A stretch of 63,127 bases of DNA, counting the filler, from Reclinomonas americana ATCC 50394 (Eukaryota), in the NCBI GenBank assembly GCA_048213135.1. It is 16 parts of 16 records of this genome, joined end to end, with 100 filler letters (N's around TTAATTAATTAA, not from the genome) between each part and the next. Parts side by side here need not be neighbours in the genome. Positions count along the whole stretch, not along the records: positions 1 to 3,609 come from AFZH01021598.1; positions 3,710 to 12,183 come from AFZH01021599.1; 14 more parts are not named here. The stretch is one strand, 5' to 3'. How positions within the stretch are numbered: position 1 is the stretch's first letter; each line of letters starts with the position of its first letter. The notes below the pieces were generated by a model. The model was given only the letters and a program-made list of their open reading frames with translations. It made no database searches and had not been told where the DNA came from. Made by a program: the position numbers and the translations under genes. Below, one piece after another: positions 1-11,000 of this stretch.

Positions 1-15
1 TCTCGTCCTCGTCTC

Positions 16-16
<1 letters not shown>

Positions 17-69
<53 letters not shown>

Positions 70-186
70 TTCTCTCCCCGTTACCCCCTTCTCCCTTACC
101 CCCTTCTCCTTTCCCCCTTCCCCTTTCGCACCCTTCCCCTCTATCCCCCCCTCACCCTTCCCCTTACATCCCCTTCCCCTATACAG
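17..186 (+). repeat. (CT)n microsatellite / polypyrimidine intron tail ending in splice acceptor
   Basis: (TC)n run then CCCCTT-type repeats, ending ...tatacAG at 185-186 immediately before an in-frame exon. Confidence 0.85.
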
Positions 187-624
187 TGCGCCACGGTCGG
201 CGCCTCCTGCTGCTACGGCCTCTCCGCCGTGTTCGGCGTGCGCCTCATCCGTCGCCTCCTCCCGCAACGCTTGCGCTTCCAGGAGCGCCTCGACTACCTC
301 AACGCGCGCATCGCCGAGAACAAGGACACCCTCTTCTACTACATGTTTGCGTTGCGCGTGTCGCCGCTGCTGCCGAACTGGTTCATCAACCTGTCGTCGC
401 CGTTGGTGGGTGTGCCGTACTGGTATTTCGGCGTGCCCACCTGCCTCGGCATCATTCCGGCCACCATTATTGTGGTGTCGGCGGGGCGCGAGTTGCAGTC
501 GATCACCGATCCGTCGCAGTTGATCACGCCGGCGACGTTGTTGAAGTTTTTGGGGTTGGGGTTGGTGTCGCTGATTCCCCCGTTGTTGAAGAAGTGGTTG
601 AGTAAGAGGACGAAGCAGGAGTGA
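187..624 (+). CDS. Terminal exon of a TMEM41/VTT (DedA/SNARE-associated Golgi, PF09335) membrane protein
   Basis: From the AG acceptor reads CATVGASCCYGLSAVFG...YYMFALRVSPLLPNWFINLSSPLVGVPYWYF...KKWLSKRTKQE*. LRxxPLLPNWFINLxSP is the TMEM41A/B-type motif. 5' exons lie outside the window. Confidence 0.85.
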   Translation, partial: CATVGASCCYGLSAVFGVRLIRRLLPQRLRFQERLDYLNARIAENKDTLFYYMFALRVSPLLPNWFINLSSPLVGVPYWYFGVPTCLGIIPATIIVVSAGRELQSITDPSQLITPATLLKFLGLGLVSLIPPLLKKWLSKRTKQE

Positions 625-1119
625 GTGTGAGAGTGAGAGTGAGGGAAGGGTGTGTGTGGTGCTTGTAGAGGTGGGCACAAGGAGAAGTGAATGCGTGTGC
701 AATTCTATGATGTCGTGTAGATGGGATAGGATTGTTCAGGGGGAGAGTTTTTGTGGTACGGCCACCTCTGATCCGGTTGCGGTGATTGACACCGACACCT
801 ATTGTAATCTATCACACCAGCCAGCACGCGATTGCTTGGTTTTGCCTCCTGAAAGAGAAGATGACTGTTTGGAGAAGAAAATGGTAGTTTCTGCCTTGGT
901 CATTGTCGGCAAGGGATTTGTGGACAGTTGTCGCATAATTGGAATGTGGTGAATGAAGTGTTTTGTTTGAATTAGTTGATCCTCTTGCTCTTGCTCTTGT
1001 TGTTGCTGCTGTGGCTATTGCGGCTGCAGTTGTTGTTGTTGTTGTCGTTGATGCCCGAAATGACGCTGAGAATTATATTGAGCTCTTCGCCCTCGTCCTT
1101 CTTACTCTCCGTTATTCTC

Positions 1120-3609
1120 TCAACCACTCACTCGCCACGCCGCCGACAGGCCCTCCGACAGCACCACAAATGGCACTACCTCGTAGTCGGGATACTTCTC
1201 CCGAAGGCTCGTCGCATACTGTAGCACCTGTTTCTCGGCGTCGACTACTGTCATGGCAAGTGCCCTCGAGTCTCGCTCAATGTCATAAGCATCGCAGTAA
1301 GTGTACCACACGGCAATCAGTCGCGCCCGGTCTTCGTCGGTGATGAGCTGCAGGTTCGCCTGCACATGCACATGCATCGAGTGAGCGCAGCGAGCATCCA
1401 CCACTACCACAACCATAAGGGACACGCGGGTACCGGGAGTACTTTCTCGAGAGTGGCAAGAGCTGCCTCGATTCTCCGCGCATCGATCGCCGAGTTCTGC
1501 CCCTCGTGAGATTCTTCACGACAATTAAGCGCATAGTTAAACATGGCCATTGGTGGAGCTTCGTTGAACTCGATCACCAGGATGCGTTTCGGAGACTCTG
1601 TGAATATCGCCATGTCGCAGAATCGTGACTTGCGTCTACGCCGACCCTGCTCGCAAAAAAGTGAGTGCAGTCTTCAGTAGACGTCGCACAATAGGTAGCA
1701 ACCAACGCTCACCCCCAGACTGACATCCAGTCGAAACTCCACCTTCACCGGCATGTTTGCCCTGGCGAGCTGCAAGTAAAAGGCCTCCACAACATGTTGT
1801 GCGCCCCTCTCCACCTCCGGACTGCCGACACTGCGCCTTCGAGTTTCCAGCCACTCCTTGCAGACGTCGTGCAGAGGGGCAATGTTGAGATCACTGTCGA
1901 TGTGCGGTGGGCATCCTGAAAGGAGGTGGAGGGCGAGAAACTGGGCATGGAATAAACCTGACGAGTGCACTGCAGGCGACTGGGTCGGCATTCTGCACGA
2001 GGCGCTCGAGAATGCAGGCGCGTGTGTTCTCGTTCGCCACCACCAGCGCTGGTTAGGAAAGCTTGAGCGCGGGGGAAGACACAAAAAAGGCGACATCGCG
2101 AAACACAACTCTTGCCATCTGCCGCGATGGTGTACGCGCCAATGTACTGGCAGAACAGTGCGAACATGGGTGCGTCGACATCGGCAATGCTACCGCACGG
2201 AATTACTCTATTGGCATGGTCTGGAGGCAGCGGAACCGTGATCTCGGAGTCATGCATCACACCGAGCAGTGCTGCCAGCTGCTCAGGGTCGACCATCCAC
2301 CGCAATTCAGCGGCGCTCAGCTCGACTCTCGAGAATCTCGTCTTCACGTCGTTGTCCCCATCTTGCACACACTGTGACAGGCATCACTCAGTAATAATGC
2401 TGCGAACGGACCAGCACACATGAAGGGAGAGCAGCAGGGACACACCCGCAGGTATGACATGACTTGGTTGGTGCAGTACAGGGGAATGGCATCTGGGGAC
2501 GGAAAGAACCGAAAGCCCTCGTAGTGCTGGCGAATGACGGCGCAGTGAAACAGCTTCTCGCCGGCAGACAGTGGGTGAGTGCCGTTGACTTGCACGCGAT
2601 CCAACAGCAGATCAACCTCGGCGCCCGTCAGACCGCACACGGCTTGTGTTCTCTCGAAGAACGTCCAGTCCGAGCTGATGCAGAAGCCACTAGCCGCAGT
2701 AACCTCGTTGATGAGCAGAGGAAGCACTCTGCAGGCAGGCGAAGCATCAGTGGCGAGCAACAGCGGCGGGTTGTACATAAAGAGACAGACACACGCACCC
2801 AGTGACCAACACGGATTTCAACTCCATGGCGTTCTTCTGCATGCAAACCAAAAAGTCCTTGACTCCAGAATCAGCAATCAACCCCTCGTAATTGCCCATG
2901 TATTCACCGCCATTCAGCACGGGCACGAATGGCAGATCGGACCCGTCGATCAAGACTACAAGCTGCATATGCGCATCAGCAAGGGAATTCTTTCGACTGA
3001 GGGGCAACGATTGTGATGCAATCATCGACACACCTGCCTGCCAAGCAGACGCACTGCGTTGCACATGACCAGGAAGTAGTGGTTCGCATTGTTGCTGTTG
3101 CGTTGACCAAAGTCACAGCAACCATGCAGCTCCGGGTATCGTTCCAAGAACGGCCGGACGCAGTCCTCAACAAAAAATGCATTGAATGCTTCGTTCGGAT
3201 GCACGCTTGTTTGATCAAACATCGAATATCTGAACTTCAGCGGCGACATGTCGATCCGCAGCACATAATGCTGGCACGGAAGGTGATTACGGTGCACCTC
3301 GTGGATGCGAGTCACGATATGTAAATCCTGCGACGATTACAGATGAGGGAGAAAGTGCGAGTGATGAAAAGGCGAGTAAATACAAACAAGAGAAGAACGG
3401 ACAGATACAATCGGATTACGGTTGTGACTGCTCCGTTCTTCTCTTCCAGAAACTTCAGTATACTAAACAGTAACTATCACAAACCTTGAAAAAGCGCTCG
3501 AATGCGCTCGCCTCTTCGTCGGCTCGCCCAGCAAGTAGACGCTCGTGCAGTGCAGACACGGCGCGCTCATGTGTGGTACGGATGTCTGTGATCGACAGAC
3601 TGCTGGCAA
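1120..3609 (-). CDS. Multi-exon AAA-ATPase-like (PF09820-type) + C-terminal PD-(D/E)XK (PF08011-type) protein, 5'-truncated by gap, catalytic motifs degenerate
   Basis: Spliced reading: ...FERFFK|DLHIVTRIHEVHRNHLPCQHYVLRIDMS...LVVLIDGSDLPF...KSVLVTG...VCGLTGAEV...HYEGFRFFPS...LYCTNQVMSYL...EFRLDV...RFCDMAIFTESPKRILVIEFNE...DAEKQVLQYATSL...*. Motif order matches the family (LFxGLxI, VIxLDFS, VLIDEYD, TG, CGFTxxE, YDGYxF, YNP, E-R-D-IEFK, AxxQIxxY). GT-AG junctions checked at 3485/3327 and 1434/1359. Confidence 0.65.
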
Positions 3610-3995
3610 NNNNNNNNNNNNNNNNNNNNNNNNNNNNNNNNNNNNNNNNNNNNTTAATTAATTAANNNNNNNNNNNNNNNNNNNNNNNNNNNNNNNNNNN
3701 NNNNNNNNNAAAGGGGGGAAAGGGGGGAAAGGGGGGAAAGGGGGGAAAGGGGGAAGGGGGTGTGCGTGAGCACACAGACGAATGTCCACGAATCGCTTGC
3801 CGATAATGACGATGGCACACCAACAATATATGCACAATTGCTAAAAAATAATAGAAACTTCACTGAGACACATATAACAAGCATCTACGAGTGATAGTTA
3901 CTGTTTAGCATACTAAGGTTTCTGGAAGAGAAGAACGGAGCAGTCACAACCGTAATCCGATTGTATCTGTCCGTTCTTCTCTTGATTGTATTCAC
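3376..3995. repeat. ~105-bp inverted repeat pair (3376-3480 / 3891-3995)
   Basis: 3891 gtgatagttactgtttagcatactaaggtttctggaagagaagaacggagcagtcacaaccgtaatccgattgtatctgtccgttcttctcttg is the reverse complement of 3376-3480 with only a few mismatches. An assembly gap lies between the arms. Confidence 0.85.
3610..3709. other. Artificial contig/gap linker N44-TTAATTAATTAA-N44 (first of 15)
   Basis: Identical 100-bp linkers, with stops in all six frames, start at 3610, 12184, 14349, 16543, 19781, 21848, 23441, 25781, 28164, 31383, 36461, 44216, 52112, 54551 and 58738. Confidence 0.98.
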
Positions 3996-4540
3996 AAAGA
4001 GCATAGGAAGAAAGTAATCATTGCTAATAATAATAGAAAATTCACTGAGACACACACAACAATGAGCATCTACCAGTGATCGCCAACAACTTCTCCTAAA
4101 GTCAACTTCCCTTCAGGACTATCAAACGCGTGTTGGCCTCAAAATAATTTCTTCTCCAACAGTCATCATCCCTTCAGGAGGCAATGCCAAGTGATGGAAT
4201 CAAAAAGATTTCGTGACGCACATGGTGTCAGCGGCCTACGAAGACGCTGATGTATGCAAGGCCAGTCGTTTTCTCTCTCCCCTCACATGAAGACTCAACA
4301 CTCACTCAACGGTCTTTGCTCTCTACTCTCTCTCTCTCTCTCTCGCTCAACTCTGGTATTCATGATGCCTGTCTTGCAGGACCATCGGACAACGCTCACC
4401 TCCAACGACAGATGCAGTCGCGACCGCAGACGTGGCGAACGATGCGCGGGTGGCGGTTGCGCACAAACGCATCATTGGCGGATAATAATCTACAGAAGCG
4501 ACGGCGAGATGTCCTGTCAAGAGTTTTAAGGGTCAATCAT

Positions 4541-4895
4541 GAGGGTGGAAGAGAGACACTGATTGCACGCACACACCGATAAAGGGTTGAGGGTGGAGGA
4601 GAGACACTGATCACACGCACACACCGATCAAGGGTTGAGGGCACTGATTGCACGCAGACACCGATCAAGGGTTGAGGGTGACGGAGAGACACAGATCACA
4701 CGCACACATGGATCAACGGTTGAGGTGGAGGAGAGACACTGATTGCACGCACATAACGATCAAGGGTTGAGGGTGGAGAGACACTGATTGTATGCACACA
4801 CCTATCAAGGGCTGAGGGTGGAGGAGAGACACTGATCACACGCACACACCGATCAAGGGTTGAGGGTGGAGGAGATATGATAATCACACGCATCG
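4541..4895. repeat. Minisatellite, ~8 head-to-tail copies of a ~48-bp unit
   Basis: Unit gagggtggaggagagacactgat(t/c)(g/a)cacgcacacaccgatcaagggtt repeated without unique spacers. Confidence 0.9.
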
Positions 4896-5001
4896 ATGTG
4901 AAGTAAAGGACACTGGCTACACACAAGTATCAAGAGGCGGTGCGATCGCAACGGTGGTACCACATTGACTCGGATCTAATGCTCCTGTTCGGTACACTGA
5001 A

Positions 5002-8000
5002 TCAAGCAGCGCCAGCGACCACTCCATCGTGTTCTAATCTGTTGTCATCTTCGCGAACAGCCTCCAGGAGCGGCGCATGGAGCGTTGACTCTCCGGCGAC
5101 TTGCACGTAATGGCTTCCGCCCAACTGCATCTCGATTTCTGTTGTGCACGGGGCGCATGAGTGAGAGAGAAGAAATGCCGAGACAGAGAATGATAAAAAA
5201 TGAGAAGAGAGAGAGAGAATACATAGAGAATCTAGAGGCAATGAGAGTGATGTACATCGACAGTCGCCGACTCTGCCAACGCTCACCGTCAGAAGCTGTG
5301 GATCCTTGTGTGTGACGACGTCTACAAAGCGTCATCACAGCCTTGACAGCAGACAGCACCACGGGACCAACCAGCACAGCACCAGCCAGCGAGAGTACCA
5401 CGATGCACGTGACGACTTTGAAGCGCGTGGATGCCTGTGATGCGAACACGGTGGAGATGACAACCAGCGAGCCGAGACCGATGGCCTGCCAAGCACACAA
5501 TGAGAATGCATGTGTGTCCACAAAACGCAGTGCGCGACTCACCTCCAGCACATTGTACAACAGTTGTTCATAGGCACGAACAACGAGATGCACCGTGAGG
5601 AAGGCGACACACACCACCCACAGTGCTAATGGGAGAATGTCGATTGATCCCGTGGCGGCGAGTGGGAAGAGCACGGCGAGGACGATCAGACGTCGGCAGA
5701 GTTGATAGCCTGGTATACAGGAAAGTGTGAGCGAGAAGTAATGCTCGATGTGCTGGGGTGATCTACATCTGTGATGCTGCTGGTGGGGCAATATAATTCT
5801 ATTGTGGTCCTTTGCATTCCCATACTGTGCGGCTTGTCACAGAGTCTGTCGTGCGTGCACGAGACTCATTTCGACGATAAGTGGCATTGGTGTAACTGTT
5901 TGCCGTGCGTACTCAGGAAGCGCAAATCTTATCTTGAATAAGAAAGAGAGCACAAGAATGAAATAGACAGTACAGTGGAGAAACGAACAAGCATCAGTGC
6001 GCCCGTGTGTTCTCTGATCTCTCTCCTCTCAGCGACCTGTGCCATAATTTGCTGTGCGTCAGCGTGCAGCAGAGAAGCAAACAATCAAGCATCAGTGCGC
6101 CAGTGTGCATTCCGATCTCTCTGCTCTCAGCAACTTGTGCCATAAGTCGCTGTGCGTCCAAGCAAGTGCAGCAGAGAAGCAAACAATCAAATGTCTATGT
6201 GCCTACTCTCATCTCTCTTTTCTAACCAAGCATCAGTGCGCCCGTGTGCTCTCAGCGACCTGTGCCATAATTTACTATGCGTACTCAGCAAGCGCAATAC
6301 CTTACTTGTACCGCAGAGAGTGCAGCAGAGCAGCAAACAATCAAGCATCAGTGCGCCCGTGTGCACTCTGACCTCTCTTTCCTAACCAAGCATCAACTTG
6401 TGCCATAACTTGCTGTGCGTAACCGCAAAGAATGCAGCACAGAAGCAAACAATCAAACAATCAAACGTCCTATGCGCATTCTGATCTCTCTTTCTCTTCC
6501 ACCCTTGCCTTTCATCTCACCTTGATACCACACCACCGGAGGCCGGAAGTGGTCGTACAACACACCGAATCGTTGTCGAGTCTGTCGCACAGGCGTGAGA
6601 CCATGTCATTACAACGTACTCACTCTTGCAATCGCAAGCACCTTCTCGTCATGTAGTCTCTTTTGCCGACGCAAGCGCACGGTCCACCACACCACCAACA
6701 CTGGCACGCTGAGAGTGGCTGCCAACAGCACGGCAAAGAGCGGAATCAGTCGCTGCCACCTGTGTACACATATTTGCCGATCAGCATGGAAAGTTGACAG
6801 TCACGCAGCTGCAAATCAAACGCACACTCCCTGATAGCACACGATGCTGGGCGAAAAGAGCACAACATGACTGTCTCCAACCTCCGTGCACGTGAAGAAC
6901 GTGATTGACGTCTCTGCCAGACCCTCGTACGCTCCCAGCAGAAGTACAACCGTTGTCAGGATGTAACGGTGCGGTGATGCAACGAGCCTAAACCAGGCGA
7001 CGAATCGCGGCCATCGTCCGCTCGTCGAGCCGCGGTGGATGCAACGAGCAAACACCTTTACAAGCAGCCAGTGAAAGCCGAAACAGGCCCACAAGATTGC
7101 CAGCGACACAAATGGCGACACCACGCGAGCCAGCATGTCGCCCACAGCGTCGGTGTTGAAAGGGCAGCCGACATCCAGAATGCGTGGCACGACAAAGGTG
7201 AGCAGTCGGTTGAGCGAGATGAGCTCGACGTTGGGGTAGAAGAGCAGCGTGGTGGTCTGGAGGGTGAAGATGATCATTTCGGCAGAGGCTGCAAGCAAAC
7301 ACAGAAGTGGATTACTTTGGCGACAATATTCAATCAACACGGTTTCTTCTTAAATGCTTCCACTTGCCTCTTTGCCTCGTTTCATCTCTCTTTCCACTTT
7401 CAAGCTTCGTGTTACCATCTCTCTCCCGCTCGTAGTGTCTCGTAATACTTGCGCCTTCCTTCATCGTACCTCTACTTCTCCTTTCCTCTTGGACTCACTT
7501 CTCCCTCTACAGCTCTTCTCGCCCTTGCGTTCCCATCTATTCCGTTCTCCTCTCCTAGATTACTCACCTCCACCAACATCAATCTGGAAGAAGACGTGGA
7601 TGAACAGCACAAAGATCAGCATCTTTGTGAACGTCCACAAGCGCGCCCATCCAGATGTTGATTCGCACGGAATACACAGTCCCTGCCACTGAGAGTAGCC
7701 CTCCTGCACATTCCTGTGAGAGACCATCGTCCACTCGCTGCTTTGCCGTGTAACACACCTTGCATGCTCCACACAGCGGCGAGTCCGACGCACGATTCGT
7801 CTCCTCGTTGCAGTATTCGGCATCGACGGCGACCAAAGTTTGGCTTGAGTCGTCACCGCGTTCGCAGTAATCATAGGGGCAGAGGTATGCTACCACAGTA
7901 GGTGGTGGCGACACCAACGAGCCTGTCCACCCTTTCGACAAGACACCCTCAATCTGCCAATCAGCATCGACTGGGAAGGTCCAGAACTGCGATTGCACTG

Positions 8001-11000
8001 CCATCTGCAGTCCGCCGAGGCAGTCGGCATTGGTTGGACATTGCACACACGTCTGGTTGAATGCGCTTGTCGGCAGTGCGTACTGGCCAGGAGGGCATTG
8101 CTGGCAGCCAATGTCCGTGTAACTGTATCCCGCTGGGCAGGCTGCCAGTGGCAATGAGAGCTCAGGCTGCGGGCCGACAAAGCCACCACCAGAGCCAGTG
8201 GTGATGCTGATGCTCACAGAGTCGCTGCTGTCGCGCAGGTGCGCACGGATTCGTTGGGATGGATTCGTCCCACGCTCGACAATCGTCAACTGGAATATCG
8301 CAGTTCCGGCCACGGTCGACTCCGACAGAGAGCTTGTCTGTAAGGTCCATCAGTTTGTCAGCGTGGTACCATCCTGATGGGTGTGAAAAGCACTGTGACT
8401 CACCTCTGGGCTGCAGCCAGAGGAGCAGGTGACACGTAGCTGTGTGTTGTCCAGCGTGGACATGAACTGACCGAAAACATCCGTAGCGTTCACCTGAACG
8501 ATTCGAGGCTGCTGTGGTGACGGGTACGCAACGCCACTGGCCGAGTCTATCATCACAAAGTACAGCGCTGCAGAGAAGCAAGTTAGTTAACAAAGATAAC
8601 AAATAACCACAATGAAAGAGGAATGAGTAGGAGACAAACAGAGTACATGCTACAGAGAAGCAAGTGAGTAAGCAAAGGTAACAAAAAGGGCAATGAAAGA
8701 GGAACGAGTAGGAGACAGTGCAGCGCTACAGAGAAGCGAGTTAGCAAGCAAAGGTAACAAATAAGCACAATGAAAAGAAACGAATAGGAGACAAACAGAG
8801 TAGAGTGCTACAGAGAAGCGAGTTAGCAAGCAAAGGTAACAAATAAGCAAAATGAAAGAAGCACGAGTAGGAATGCTCGTTCATCACGTTCAGAAACCAA
8901 AGTATTCTGTTCCTCTCCTTCTCTTTTCTTTTGATTCACCTTGCCTTCTTCACCTTCTCCTCCTTCTGCTTGTTCCACATCCTTTCCTTCTCCTTCTCTT
9001 CCCTTATTCATCGTTTACCATCTCTTCCTTCTTCTTGTTCCTCTTCTCCTTCTCTTCGTGACTCTTCTTGCCTTCTTCTTCCTATCCTTCTCCATAAGTA
9101 ACTAATATGAACACGCTGACAACGCAACTGCTGCCGACATTGTTCGCCAGCGAGTTGCTGGCCAAGTTTCCAGTAACATTCAGTTGCCGCTGCAGCATCC
9201 ACGATGACCATCCACCAGCAGCAGTGAAGGACTGCGACACGGCGGCCAGCGTCGACGGCTTGCCACCACCATTCCAAAATACGCCGCCACCGGCTCCTTC
9301 GCCCACTAAACGCGGCTGACCCAAAGGCGCCACCGCCTGGTTACCAGACACAGACACACCAAGCATGATAGCGCCAACAGAACCAACTGTCGACTGCGTG
9401 ATGTTGACGGCCAGGCCGCCACCGCGTGCTCCACTCCAGTTGTCAACAAACGACATTGAGACAAAGGAAGTCACCGTCGTGTCCACCACCGACGCTCCAC
9501 CACCATCACCTCGCTCAGCCGTGTTGCTGACGAAACGAGTACTTGAGCAGTTGAGCATGGAGGAGCCACCGGCAAAGAGGCCACCACCGACTGTTGTCGC
9601 TGTGTTGTTCAACAGCAGCGAGCCCGTGATGTTCACTTGTGGACTGTTGTCCGTGTACACACCGCCACCGTTCTCAGCCTGATTTCCCTCCACTGTCACT
9701 GCAGACATCATCACTTGCGCAGTCTCCGCTGCCGACACGCCACCACCGCCACCACCAGCGACACGATTGGCGAACAGTCGGGATCCCCTTAGCGTGGTGC
9801 TTGAACTGCCGGCGGCGTACAGCGCACCGCCCCACAACTGTGCCCGACCACCACTCAGAGTGCTGCTCGTATCCATCCACGTCCCCAGTCCCTGCGTGGT
9901 CACATGTCCACCGGAGGTGGCTGCCAAGTTCCCCTGGAACTGGATTGTCGACGATGCGACGTAGGCTGATTGGGAGACGTATATGCCGCCTCCGGCCAGC
10001 GTGGCATTGTTGGCCGCCACATAGCAGTTGGCAAGAGTGATCAATGACAGGCCATCAGCGTACACGCCGCCACCATCTGCCGTCGCCTGATTGTTGTTGA
10101 TAGACGTGCCAGTCAACGTATGATTGCTGTTCTGATCGGTGAACATGCCACTGCCAAATGGGGCAAAGTTGCCGACGATAAAGGCATCCGACCAGGAAGA
10201 CGAAGACAGCAGGTCGGCAAAGAAGCCACCACCAAAGTGAAATGCCTTGTTGTTCTGCACGCTGGAACTACCCGACAAGGCAAGAAAGGCGCTGGCGGTA
10301 AGAAATACGCCGCCACCGCTAAAGGCCTGATTGCCATCCACAACCGATTGCGATTGAATCTGCAAGTGCACTTGTTCGGCACGTGCCGCGATGCCGCCAC
10401 CATACAGCGCAAAGTTGCTGGAGACTGTGGCGTTGCTGATTGCAGCCGTGGTGGCCACCTCATTCAGCAATACTCCACCACCGTAGCCGATTGGCGATAA
10501 GTTGGAAGTGACGAAAGAGTCCACGATCTTGCAGCCTTGTCCACTCATTGCCACACCACCGCCACCAGTGAAACGGGCGACGTTTCCTGTAACTTGAGAA
10601 CCAGCGAGGAGAGACTGCGTACCCACCAGCACACCACCGCCAGTCACCAGCTCACCAGACACTGAGTTGCTCGAGATGAAACAGCCAGTGGCCGAGCTTG
10701 ATGCATCGAGTAGCAGAGCGCCACCTCCATGGGAGCGACCGGCAATGACGAGTGGCACTGACGATTGCACGGTGTTGCCAGTCAGGGTTGACGAGGATAT
10801 CGCGGCACCGTCGACGGCGAGCAGCGCACCGCCACCGCAGAAACTGCCGGAGGAAAATAGTGCATTTCCAGCACCAGCGTCCTCCACGCGGTTGTCAACG
10901 AACTGAGAACCGGAGAGTGATGAGGGCGATTTGACCAGCAGCACGGCACCGCCACCGTTGTGATTGCTGCCTTGCCCGTTGAGAGTGTTGCTGAGGCCGC

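Noticed and set aside
963..1343. Plus-strand hydrophobic ORF
   Set aside because: It derives from (GTT/GCT)n triplets and overlaps the last exon of the minus-strand gene.
3654..3665. Recurrent palindrome TTAATTAATTAA as a biological motif
   Set aside because: It is always centred in exactly 44+44 Ns and gives stops in all six frames, so it is a pipeline linker. ORFs ending ...XXXLIN are artefacts.
4400..4475. Possible first exon MMRLCATATRASFATSAVATASVVG (minus strand, mitochondrial presequence-like) for the NTPase-nuclease gene
   Set aside because: The ATG context and donor look good, but the nearest acceptor gives an in-frame stop and a gap intervenes, so it cannot be linked.
4541..4895. 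CRISPR-like array
   Set aside because: Units are contiguous and degenerate with no unique spacers, no cas genes, and a eukaryotic context.
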